Shown one piece after another: positions 51,671 through 64,000 of a stretch of DNA of 64,000 bases. Within the stretch, counting starts at the first letter, position 1. Each line of letters opens with the position of its first letter. The position numbers and the translations under genes were made by a program. Location of the stretch: positions 36,270,001 through 36,334,000 of the forward strand of contig OX597820.1 of assembly GCA_951406725.2 (NCBI GenBank). Direction: 5' to 3'. A model generated the notes under the pieces. It made no database searches. It worked only from the letters and a program-made list of their open reading frames with translations, and was not told the origin of the DNA. The DNA comes from Octopus vulgaris (lineage: Eukaryota).

Positions 51671-53006
51671 AGAAAAAAGCAAACACAAATGGCATTGAAA
51701 ATTTTCTGTAGAATGTCATTTACTGTAGTTGTAAAGGATTACATCATAATATATCATCCACTATCATCAGGTAAAATTTTAAACAGGTAAGACTTCAAAC
51801 ATCAACCATGACACAACCAACATTTCTTGGGCTAGTGATGCATTCAAATTTTACATTCAAATTCACTGGAGAATTTGGTGTGATCTAAAACAAGCAATTA
51901 ATGAATAAAGAAAAAAAAATCATAGAACTTCCAACTGAAGAAACACAAGAACCCATCATCTTATTTACACAAATTATTCATGATACTTCATACATAGTCA
52001 GCATTACATTAACCCTCTCTCACCTGTTCCCATATGCATCTGTACAACTACTTCAATCCTGCATCATTCCCTTACAAGTTTGGCTTCAAATAAAAATAGT
52101 ATGGACCAAATTTATTGTATTTGTTTCTAATTAGTAGCATAAAAGAAACTCATTTCAGCTATCACACTCCACAATATAGAGAATAGAAAACATATTTGAA
52201 CTGACCTCCAATACACAGTCATGGTTGTGTAAAGAGTCTTTTTCCCCTCAACTATGTGGTTAGGGAAATTTGAAACCATTAATCCCAGCGCATTACTTTA
52301 TTTTCTCCATATGTTTTATCTCTCACTCCATTTTCTTTACCTCTCATTTTTTTCCCTCAAAGAGCATAGACTTGAAACATCAAAGACATTCGTTTTTCCC
52401 AAGCATCAAACTAATACAGCTGCTTATTGTTACCTGTTTCTGTCTTTTGTTTTCTGTACATTCGAACCATATATATATATATATATATATATATCATCAT
52501 CATCATCGTTTAATGTCCGCTTTCCATGCTGGCATGGGTTGGACCATTTGACTGAGGATGGGCAAGCCAGATGGCTGCACCAGGCTCCAATCTGATCTGG
52601 TAAAGTTTCTACACCTAGATGCCCTTCCTAATGCCAGCCATTCCAAGAGTGTAGTGGATGCTTTTATGTGCCACTGGCACGAGGGCCAGTCAGGTGGTAC
52701 TGGCAATGGCCATGCTCAAATGGTGTTTTTTTACATGCCACCTGCACAGGAGCCAGTCCAGCTGCATTGGCAATGACCTTGCTCGAATGATTTTTTACAT
52801 GCCACCGGCACAAGTGCCAGTAAGGCGACACTTGTAATGATCACGCTTGAATGGTGCTTTTTATGGGCCACTGGCATGGAAGCCAGTCAGCTGCTCTGGC
52901 AACAATCATGCTTGGATAGTGCTCTTAGCGTTCCACTAGCATGGATGCCAGTCAATGAAAAGTTCCTAAAAGATACCAGAAAGGAAACACAGACACAAAG
53001 ATACAT

Positions 53007-53086
<80 letters not shown>

Positions 53087-54061
53087 GCAACAGGTTTTTT
53101 TCAGTCTCCATCTACCAAATCCACTCATGGGGCTTTCATCAGCCCAAGGCTATAGCAAAAGACACTTACCCAGGGTGACATACATTGGGACTGAACCTGG
53201 AACCATGTGGCTGAGGAGCAAGCTTCTTACCACACAGCCACACTTGTACCTAGACACTGGCTTTATTGAAATTCAGTCTTAAAATGATGAACAATATTGT
53301 CACTATCAAATTAGTATTAGGAACATAAATTAAAGTGAAATTTTGATGGAAGGCTTCTTTGAAAATTAAAGTGATATAAATATCCGTTTAAACCATAAAA
53401 TTTGTATCTTAGAACAGAGAGCTTTCTCAGGTGAGTTGATAACAATAATGAAAATTTAGTAAAATAACTTTGTCATCATTAAGCTGAAGTTTGGGACTTA
53501 AATTAACATGAAATTTTGAAGTTAAGTTTTAATATAAATCACTTTAAATTGTATCATAGGACCAGGATTGCTCACAGTTGGATTGATATCAAAATGGACT
53601 TTCAAATATATAAGAAAAATATAAGCTTTGATCAATCGTTTCTTTGATTCTCTTAAAACAATTAATTTCTTCCAAATGAATAAATATGATCTTCCACTTA
53701 ATTAAAATAAATTTCCCTCTCCACTATTCAATTCAAATATAGATCATCACCTGCATAATTAACTAACTTGAGATCACAATAATTTTCCCTTACTTAAGGT
53801 ACTAATAAAGCAATCCATTTCAATAGATGATCTCTTCTTATGTTTTCTCAACCTTTCTCTCTTCTTCTTCTTCAGTCTCTACTGTTTTGAAACTGTCTGT
53901 TTAACAATTTGTCTCTTCTTACTAGTATTCACTTTCTTTTCTCTCACCTCGCCTATGTGTAGAACAATAAACAGAACAATAAATGAACTTCCCCTTCAAG
54001 ATAAAACTTGACTTTCGACTGACAAAGTTGTCTTTCAAGTTTTATCCAACCAACTGTTAAT

Positions 54062-54097
<36 letters not shown>

Positions 54098-54124
54098 TTA
54101 TCTGTCTGTCTATCTATCTATCTA

Positions 54125-54169
<45 letters not shown>

Positions 54170-54263
54170 CTAGCTATATGTCTGTCTGTCTATCTGTCTA
54201 TCCATCTATATATCTATCTATCTATCTACCTACCTGTTTATCTATCTAGCTATCCACCCATCA

Positions 54264-54301
<38 letters not shown>

Positions 54302-54351
54302 ATACCTATCTGTCTACCTACCTGTTTATCTATCAGGCTATCCACCCATTA

Positions 54352-54407
<56 letters not shown>

Positions 54408-54577
54408 GTTTGTCTGTATGTCTGTCTGTCTTGTTCTATGTGTCTCTCCTGTCTGTCTATCTATTTATCAATCTAATTATCTATCTGTATCCACCCTTCT
54501 TTATATATTTCCATATCTATCTCTGTCTGTCTATACTTGTATATATTTCCATGTCTATTTATCTATTTGCCTTTCTC

Positions 54578-54642
<65 letters not shown>

Positions 54643-55317
54643 ACGTGTCTGATACTACACATGTCACATCATTAACCAATCTCCTATTTATAACAGACTG
54701 GTCAACAATTATTTATCTATTTTTTTCTTAAAAAGATAACCAAGTAAACAATATACAGAATAAAACTGAGCTCAACGAAATAGTTTGGCATTCTTCCCTT
54801 TTACAATCTCTCTCTCACACACATACACACACACATTCTCTCTCTCTCTCTCTCCTATCTCTCTCCTATCTCTATCTCTCTCTTTCTCCTATCTCTATCT
54901 CTCTCTCCTATATCTCTCTTACTCTTTCCTATTTCCCTCTGCCTATGCCTCTTCCATATTTGTATAGTTTTCGACATCAATTGTCCCCTTCTCAAACACT
55001 CTCTTTGGCATGCATTCTTTTTTACCTTTCACTCTCTCATTATCACATTCCTTTTCTCTCTTTCACACACTCTCACTCTCACTCTCCCCCTCTCCCCCCC
55101 ACATATGTATATATATATATGTTACTCTCTCATTCCCACCATGTCATGCACAGACACACACAAAATCACTTCCTCTACCCTCAACATACAAACACATACA
55201 CACAGATGAAACTTTCACACATTTTCGTTACATCTTAAGTCTTGCTTATGCTCCCTTTCTAAATAACTGACCCATTAAGGACAGTACTAAACATGTTATT
55301 ATGATATAAATATCATT

Positions 55318-55374
<57 letters not shown>

Positions 55375-55378
<4 letters not shown>

Positions 55379-55709
55379 TCAGTGGTTAGAGCGTCGAGCT
55401 TACGATCGTGAGGTTGTGAGCTCGAATCCCGGACCGGGCTGCGTGTTGTGTTCTTGAGCAAGGCACTTTATTTCACGTTGCTCCAGTTCACTCAGCTGTA
55501 GAAATGAGTTGCGACATCACAGGTGCCAAGCTGTATCGACCTTTGTCTTTCCCTTGGATAACACTGGTGGCGTGGAGAGAGGAGGCTGGTTTGCATGGGC
55601 GACTGCTGGTCTTCCATAAACAACCTTGCCCGGACTTGTGTCTAGGAGGGTAACTTTCTAGGTGCAATCCCATGGTCATTCATGACCGAAGGGGGTCTTT
55701 ACCCTTACC

Positions 55710-55712
<3 letters not shown>
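55375..55712 (+). mobile_element. tRNA-derived SINE (family D), young
   Basis: TGGCTCAGTGGTTAGAGC A box, CTCGAATCCC B box, TTGAGCAAGGCACTT core, (TTACCC) tail; partial copy at 57127-57420. Confidence 0.8.
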
Positions 55713-55752
<40 letters not shown>

Positions 55753-55902
55753 TTAAGTTAAGTTAGGTTAAGTTAATTTTTTGGCTCAAAAAGCAAAAAG
55801 CAAGGCCATGTAGGGGGACATGGAGTTATGTACAGGGTGGTGTTCATGCAAAGAGTTCAGGCCATTTGTGGTCAAGGGAGACTTTGAACCGAGCGGTCAT
55901 CA

Positions 55903-55951
<49 letters not shown>

Positions 55952-57416
55952 TATATAGATATATATATACATACACACATACACACATACACACTAGCAA
56001 TGCACTCCGGTATTGTCCAATTGTTATAACCTATAGTCACATTGTATTATTTGTTTCTTTCTTATGAGCAGATTTGGCACACGACGAGTATGAATCAAAC
56101 AACTCTTCTTTATAAACATGTTTTTCTGTGATTTTCTGATGAACAACACTGCAGTTTCTGTCTACCAAATTCAGTCACAAGTCTGTGGTTGGCTGAGGGC
56201 TATTGTAGAGAATACTTGCCCTAGGTACTACAAAGGGATTGAATGTGGAACGATGTGATTGGGAAGCAAACTTCTCAACCACACAGTCATTCTTGCACCT
56301 AATGTGTGTGTGTGTGTGTGTGTGTGTGTCTACATTTGTTGTTAAATCGAGTATTCTGTCCCACTATGTCTCAGCAATTCACCAAGCAGAGGTCTATGAA
56401 ATAAATGCCAGTTTGAAATACATACCAGATTGAGATACTTCAAATTTAAGGTAATGGACTACTAATCACGAACTTCCACTCCATACAATAACATTACATG
56501 TACCTCTCAGTCTACTTGACTGAGTTGAATGGTTAGCAGTAAGAAAGATGTCCAGATTTCTTTAAAAAGTATTGTGCAAAATTCTGAGGAAAAGTATTTT
56601 TTTCACCACAAAAACACACACACACACACACACACACACATCCAGAGTTGCCTCCCTTAGCTAAACACCTCAAAATTGTGCGACCTGGCCTCATTTTCGA
56701 GGTTATTTTTGTAGGGAAAAAGAGTTGTGCGAAAAACATACTTTATTTGGTAGCTGAAATCTTTTGATACCTCAAATGTCAAAATCAGCAACTCAGTTTT
56801 CAAATCCATAAGGAAATAAGACGCATGTGTGCACACACACACACACACAAACTTTTCTCCTTGTTTTTTTCTGTGTACCTTTCTGTAGAAGAGCGTAGGC
56901 TCGAAACGTAAAAGACTTTTTCTATTCCTGAGCACTATGCTAATACATCTGTTTGTTTTGTACACCACCTGTCTTCGTCTTTTGTTTTTTTTTGTAAACT
57001 TTCTCAACATATATATATAACTCTCGATTGGTCCTTTTCTGATAATTATGATCCCTACAGTTCTATATTTAAGAGATGAGGAATTATGTACATTATTTAC
57101 ATTATTTACATTTGACAGATATTTGTGCTCGAATCCCGGACCGGGCTGCGTGTTGTGTTCTTGAGCAAGGCACTTTATTTCACGTTGCTCCAGTTCACTC
57201 AGCTGTAGAAATGAGTTGCGACATCACAGGTGCCAAGCTGTATCGACCTTTGTCTTTCCCTTGGATAACACTGGTGGCGTGGAGAGAGGAGGCTGGTATG
57301 CATGGGCGACTGCTGGTCTTCCATAAACAACCTTGCCCGGACTTGTGTCTAGGAGGGTAACTTTCTAGGTGCAATCCCATGGTCATTCATGACCGAAGGG
57401 GGTCTTTACCCTTACC

Positions 57417-57459
<43 letters not shown>

Positions 57460-57608
57460 TTAAGTTAAGTTAGGTTAAGTTAATTTTTTGGCTCAAAAAG
57501 CAAAAGCAAGGCCATGTAGGGGGACATGGAGTTATGTACAGGGTGGTGTTCATGCAAAGAGTTCAGGCCATTTGTGGTCAAGGGAGACTTTGAACCGAGC
57601 GGTCATCA

Positions 57609-57647
<39 letters not shown>

Positions 57648-58005
57648 TATATAGATATATAGATATATATATACATACACACATACACACATACACACTA
57701 GCAATGCACTCCGGTATTGTCCAATTGTTATAACCTATAGTCACATTGTATTATTTGTTTCTTTCTTATGAGCAGATTTGGCACACGAGGAGTATGAATC
57801 AAACAACTCTTCTTTATAAACATGTTTTTCTGTGATTTTCTGATGAACAACACTGCAGTTTCTGTCTACCAAATTCAGTCACAAGTCTGTGGTTGGCTGA
57901 GGGCTATTGTAGAGAATACTTGCCCTAGGTACTACAAAGGGATTGAATGTGGAACCATGTGATTGGGAAGCAAACTTCTCAACCACACAGTCATTCTTGC
58001 ACCTA

Positions 58006-58038
<33 letters not shown>

Positions 58039-58835
58039 TACATTTGTTGTTAAATCGAGTATTCTGTCCCACTATGTCTCAGCAATTCACCAAGCAGAGG
58101 TCTATGAAATAAATGCCAGTTTGAAATACATACCAGATTGAGATACTTCAAATTTAAGGTAATGGACTACTAATCACGAACTTCCACTCCATACAATAAC
58201 ATTACATGTACCTCTCAGTCTACTTGACTGAGTTGAATGGTTAGCAGTAAGAAAGATGTCCAGATTTCTTTAAAAAGTATTGTGCAAAATTCTGAGGAAA
58301 AGTATTTTTTTCACCACAAAAAACACACACACACACACACACACACACATCCAGAGTTGCCTCCCTTAGCTAAACACCTCAAAATTGTGCGACCTGGCCT
58401 CATTTTCGAGGTTATTTTTGTAGGGAAAAAGAGTTGTGCGAAAAACATACTTTATTTGGTAGCTGAAATCTTTTGATACCTCAAATGTCAAAATCAGCAA
58501 CTCAGTTTTCAAATCCATAAGGAAATAAGACGCATGTGTGCACACACACACACACACAAACTTTTCTCCTTGTTTTTTTCTGTGTACCTTTCTGTAGAAG
58601 AGCGTAGGCTCGAAACGTAAAAGACTTTTTCTATTCCTGAGCACTATGCTAATACATCTGTTTGTTTTGTACACCACCTGTCTTCGTCTTTTGTTTTTTT
58701 TTGTAAACTTTCTCAACATATATATATAACTCTCGATTGGTCCTTTTCTGATAATTATGATCCCTACAGTTCTATATTTAAGAGATGAGGAATTATGTAC
58801 ATTATTTACATTATTTACATTTGACAGATATTTGT
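55420..58835. repeat. Near-identical ~1.71-kb tandem duplication (55420-57126 / 57127-58835)
   Basis: Copies differ mostly in microsatellite length and a few SNPs. Confidence 0.92.
56879..56914 (+). ncRNA. Minimal hammerhead-like motif, CUGUAGA core (duplicate at 58588-58623; decayed relatives at 49892-49927 and ~52351-52386)
   Basis: cttt-CTGTAGA-A-GAGC gtag GCTC-GAAAC-GTA-aaag; ACGT palindrome. Confidence 0.62.
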
Positions 58836-59059
58836 CCTCATCTTGTTTGCTGCTAACACAATGTTTCGGCTGATATACTCGCCAGCTTTCATCAGGTGTC
58901 TTGGAGAAATTTCGAACCTGGGTTCTCGTTTGTAAGGTATTTTTCGATATTATTATTATTATTATTATTATTATTTAGGTCACTGCCTGGAATCAAACTC
59001 GGAATCTTGGGGTTTGTAGCCCGTACTCTTAATCACTACACCATATGCTTGTAGGCATA

Positions 59060-59060
<1 letters not shown>
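58775..59060 (-). mobile_element. Monomeric copy of the tRNA-head/hammerhead-tail SINE (hammerhead at 58855-58900)
   Basis: Collinear with 17449-17725; minus strand gacac-CTGATGA-A-AGCTG..CAGCC-GAAACATT-gtgtt. Confidence 0.78.
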
Positions 59061-59116
<56 letters not shown>

Positions 59117-59118
<2 letters not shown>

Positions 59119-59607
59119 TAATAGTTGTCACCAAGCTAACATGGCAGTCCAGGAAAATAGGACGAATGCTGCTGTTGATTAGCTCCAAGAGACCAAAGCC
59201 TCTAGCTAGCTATGTGACACACAAACCTGTGTCCATTATAACCTTCAAACAGGGGAGGTCAGCAGCTTCCCCTTGCTGGTTTTGTAGCCACAGACTAGTT
59301 TCAGGGTAGTTGCCCCTTATCAATGTGGAGTAGCTGAACCTAGAAGGTGTCGCTGCTGACCATCTGTTTGAAGGATTATTTACTTAAATTCAGTGGAATA
59401 CATCCACTGGTTTTCAAAAATAGAAATATCAATATTTCTAAATCTCTCTAAAGGAGACTATGGCAGTGGTACTGGATATTAAAAGTTATCGCCAAGCTAA
59501 CATGGCAGTCCAGGAAATAGAAATATTGATATTTCTATTTTTGAAAACCAGTGGATGTATCCCACTGAATTTAGGTAAATAATCCTTCGAACAGTCGGTC
59601 AGCAGCT
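59117..59607 (-). mobile_element. Non-coding PLE-like element with a partial direct repeat and an inverted segment
   Basis: Direct repeat 59117-59160 / 59478-59520; inverted repeat 59352-59439 / 59519-59606. Confidence 0.7.
59288..59328 (-). ncRNA. Minimal type-I hammerhead, U3/A8 variant, GUC site
   Basis: ccaca-TTGATAA-GGGG caacta CCCT-GAAA-CTAG-TC-tgtgg. Confidence 0.75.
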
Positions 59608-59609
59608 AC

Positions 59610-62582
59610 GAATCTGCCTACACCCCACAAACGGGCCTACCAAATGAACAGAAGAACCACATTTATGATATTCTTCTGCAGGCTACCTCAAAGACAATGT
59701 TCTCATCTTCGTGGCTGAGGATTTCAACGGGCATGTTGGAATGCAGCCTGGTATCTTCCATGGTGTACATGGGGGCCATGGAATTGGTTCTCAAAATGAA
59801 AAGGGAACAAGGATGCTAGAGTTCTGTGATGCAAATAACCTATTGAAATGAAACACCAGCTTCAAGAAGCCAACCAGTCACCTGATGACTTATCAATCAG
59901 GTGATTCTGCTAGCCAGATCGATTTCATTCTCACCAGACAGCAGGATGCATGGTTTTCCTCAAATACAAAGACCCTCCCTGGTGAAGAATGTACCCCAGC
60001 ATAGACTAATCCTTAGTGACTTTAGACTCCAGGCCAGAATGATACCAAGAAGCAGACCAATCTAGAAAAGAAGGATTTGGAAGCTGAAAGACCCTTCATA
60101 TGATCAGAAATTTAGGGACATCCTAAAAAATTTGATGAGTTGGGGAAGCAAGGAACTGTATCAGATAGCCAGAAGGGAAGCTAGGAGACAGGTGTATCTA
60201 GCCAAGCAGAAAAGAAGAAGTTTGCCTATGTTCAGTGTTGTGAGGACCAAAGAGCTGAAGTATTTCAGATTGCAAGAGAGTGTGCGAGAGAAAATTCTGA
60301 TGTCATAGGAGAGAAATTGTCTACATGGATGATGGTGCAATTGCTTTTAATGATTCTGAAAAGAAAGAGGCTTGGAGATACCATTATCAAAGACTGTTGA
60401 ATGTGGAGAATGAATGGGAGGAGGAGAGTCTGCCAAAGTTGAACCAATTGAGGGACCAGCTGCCTGCATCAACAATACCCTGGTAGATACAGCAATTAAG
60501 GATATGAAGCCAGGGAAAGCTCTTGGCCCATCAGGAATAACTGCTGAGATGCTTAAACTATCTGGTGGTGTTGGTTATGGTCTAGTCATCCATACTGTAA
60601 ATCAGATGGTTCATGAAGGAGCCATAACCAATGACTGGTGTAACACCACCACAGTCAACTGCCAAAAAGGTAAAAGTGATGCCTTAGATAGAAATAATTA
60701 CAGAGGCATCAAATTGTTAGATCAAGTGATGAAAGTTACAGAGAGAGTCATAGCCCAACTGACTAGGGAGATAGTCTAGATGAGATGTAGTTTGGTTTTG
60801 TGCCAGATAGAAGCACCACTTATGCTATATTTCTGGTAAGGCAACTTCAGGAGAAATACCTAGCCAAAGATAAACCTCTGTACTTGGCTTTTGTTAACTT
60901 GGAGAAAGCTTTTGACAGGGTTCCCCAATCCCTTATCTGGTGGTCAATGCAGAACTAGGGATAGATGAGTGGTTAATGAGAGCCATACAAGCCTTGTACA
61001 AGGACGCTACCAGTAAGGTGAGTGTTGGCAACAAGTACAGTGAAGAATTCAGGGTACAAGTAGGGGTTCACCAAGGATTGGTGCTCAGCCCCCTCATTTT
61101 CATCATAGTCCTCCAGGCAATAACAAAGGACTTCAAGACATGATGCCCTTGGGAGCTCCTCTATGATGATGACCTTGCTCTTATAGCTGAATCACTATCT
61201 GAACTAGAGAAGAAGTTCCAGGTATGGAAGCAAGGTCTTGAATCAAAGGGCCTTAGAGTTAACCTAGCAAAAACCAAAGTATAAGTAAGTAGGAAGGTAG
61301 ACAAATCACAAATCCCTTCAGGTAAATGGCCCTACTCAATCTGTAGAAAAGGTGTAGCTAGAAACTCCACAAGATGCACCCAGTGTAAGCTTTGGATACA
61401 TAAAAGGTGCAGCAACATCAGAAGAAGGTTAACAGAGAAACTAGCTTTTGTATGTGGAAGCTGCACAGATACAATAAACGCTGAAAATGTGCAGAAAATA
61501 GACTCCATCAACTGCCAGGGGTTTAAGTTAGAGGTAGTTGATAGCTTTCATTATCTAGTTGACCAAGCTTTAGCAGTGGGGGTGAATGCTCTGTGGGTGT
61601 AGCTGTGAGAATAAGATTAGGCTGGGAAAAGTTCAGAGAGCTCCTACTCCTGCTGGCAACAAAGGGCCTCTCTTTCAGAGTGAAAGGCAAATTATTTGAT
61701 GCCTGTGTGCAAACAGCTATGCTGCATGGCAGTGAAACATGGGCTGTGACAGCTGGGTACATGTGTAGGCTTGAAAGAAATGATAACCAGTATGCTTCGC
61801 TGGATGCGCAATGTCAGTGTGCATGTTCAACATAGTGTAAGCATTTTGAGAGAAAAATTAGGCATAAGAGGAATCAGATGTGGTGTGCAAGAGAGACGAC
61901 TTTGCTAATAAGGTCATGTATGGACGAGGACAGCTGTGTAAAGCAGTGCCAATCTCTAACTGTGGAGGGAACCTATGTTAGAGATAAGCCCAGGAAGTCA
62001 TGGAACAAGGTGATGAAGCATGATTTTCGAACTTTGAGCCTCACAGAGGCAATGACTTGTGACCAAGACCTTTGGTGAACTTCTATGCTTGAGAGGACCC
62101 ATCAAGCCAAGTGCACCTCTGCTGGTAGCACGTAAAGAACATCTTTTGAACATTGGGCCTCACGGAGGTAAAGTGGCTGAGTTTCTGTCAAGCGTTGGGC
62201 CTCACAGATTCAAAGTGGCTGACTTCCTTTCAAGCATTGGGCTTCATGGAGGCAAAGACTGAGACCATTGGCATTATGTCATACTTGAAAAGAAGATTCA
62301 TCAAGCCGAGCAAAATCACAGTCGTAGCAGATACTGGTGTCACACAAACTGGCACCCATGCTGGTGGAACATAAGCGCTCCCCAGTATCACACAAATAGC
62401 ATCCGTGCCGGTGACACATAAAAGCACCTATTACACTCTCAGACTGGTTGGTGTTAGGAAGGGCATCCAGCCATAGAAAACCATGCCAAATCAGACTGGA
62501 GTCTGGTGCAGCCTTCCAGCATGCCAACACAGTCAAAGTGTCCAACCCATGCCAGCATGTTAAATGATGATGATGATGTTAA

Positions 62583-62630
<48 letters not shown>
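59610..62630 (+). mobile_element. Long decayed RTE LINE (APE + RT + PHD-like finger), (ATG)n tail
   Basis: DFNGHVG, SQIDFIL, NYRGIKLL, LEKAFD, GVHQG..LSP, YDDD, LHGSETW; many stops and frameshifts. Confidence 0.88.
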
Positions 62631-64000
62631 GTGATGGTGATGGTGGTGATGATGATGATGATGATGAGGAGGAGGAGGAGGAGGAGGAGGAGGAGGGGGG
62701 GAGGGGGAGGAGGGGGAGGAGGACATATACACACATGTCAGACTGCTCTGGTAGTGCAACTGTTTGATATGTTAGGGTGTCAAGTATCTTGTTACTGTCT
62801 TGCTACATGTCTACGCCCAACAAATTGTAAGCAAGTATCACAGGCTGGTGCAATTTCTAGCTGTAAAAATTGATAGGCAGTTTTTTGGACTTGCAGTGCT
62901 GAATTCAGTTCCATGTACTGTAGAAACAGTCTGCAATTAGTAGGTTTCTTATCCAGAAGATTTGTCTCACCATTTACTTAGTACCATAAAAAACAGAGAT
63001 AATTTTAAGCCTTTTTAACAGATGAAATAAATTTGGGAAAGGAATTAATGAATGCTAGTATAGTGGGTTGAATTAACTGACTGTATGCCTTTGCCTATTC
63101 ATGTCAGCCTTTTGACGTGAATAAAGAAAGCAATATTTGATTTTATAAAAGGAAATAATCAAAAGATGTCAAGAAATAAATTCTAAAAACTCACAAAAAT
63201 TTGAAGAAAACAACTAACACAGGCACACAAACACATATACTACTCATCACAAAAACACACATTGCTGTTTTATTTAAACATACAAAGAAACACACATGCA
63301 CATATAGCTACACACACACAAGTTTACACAGAAAAAAACATATACATGCATATACACAAAAATGCTTTTACACACTTCCCATTAATGTGCAAATGTATCA
63401 TGTCATACACAAGCCTACACTCATTCACACAAATATACACAGACAAATACTCACTCATACTTCCCATCAACACACATAGACCATGTTATAGAGAAACATA
63501 TACACAAACACAAACACAATTCCCTCCCCTCTTATCACTGCCCAGCAATGCACACACACACACACACACACACACATCACCACCACCAGCCATCACACAA
63601 ATGTACACATCTACATATACACATAATACACTAACTGATACATACACACATATATCTACATTATATCATCAAACACATATATCACAAGTTCATATTAATA
63701 TATATACACACTCCACACCAAACACAGCATTCCTTATAAACAAGGCCTTCTCTAATGGGTTTTTTTTTCTTTTACAGTCTTTAAATAACTCTCGCAAAAC
63801 CTTATAAAGGTCCACCTCATTACACTAATATTATCAGGTTTTATCAAAACAATATGATTTCTTCATCAGTAAATGAATGTAAAATTTCCTGGTTTTAATA
63901 CTTTTAAGTGAGAAAACATGAATGGAGTAGTGTAGTGGACAAAAAGGGGTGTGTTTGACACGTGCTGTCATCCATCTGTGTAGTACTTAGGGTTGGGAGT

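Noticed and set aside
55860-55904. Minus-strand CTGATGA-CCG..CGG as a hammerhead
   Set aside because: Not followed by GAAA and no stem I or III; more likely a LINE 3' remnant with a (TAACT)n tail

Overview
AT-rich, microsatellite-dense animal genomic DNA; the repeat repertoire suggests an octopus-type coleoid cephalopod (inference). One host gene is supported: a two-coding-exon, + strand gene (11401-12000 joined to 39956-41299, ~647 aa, ~28 kb phase-0 intron) encoding a CABIT-domain (GAREM/Themis-like) adaptor. The rest is largely transposon debris: Dong/R4 RLE LINEs in (TAA)n, RTE LINEs, Tc1/mariner/maT remnants, a Helitron, several tRNA-derived SINE families, a Penelope-like (probably Naiad-type) GIY-YIG element, two local duplications and a 100-N gap. 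The most notable signal is a set of at least nine sequence-distinct minimal type-I hammerhead-ribozyme motifs with palindromic stem III. They include non-canonical cores (CCGANGA, UUGANAA, CUGUNGA), and most lie in small non-coding fold-back elements. One is a tRNA-headed SINE with a hammerhead tail, inserted as an inverted dimer with an 18-bp TSD. These look like a diverse non-autonomous Penelope-dependent (retrozyme-like) system. All folds were read by eye and no activity is shown.
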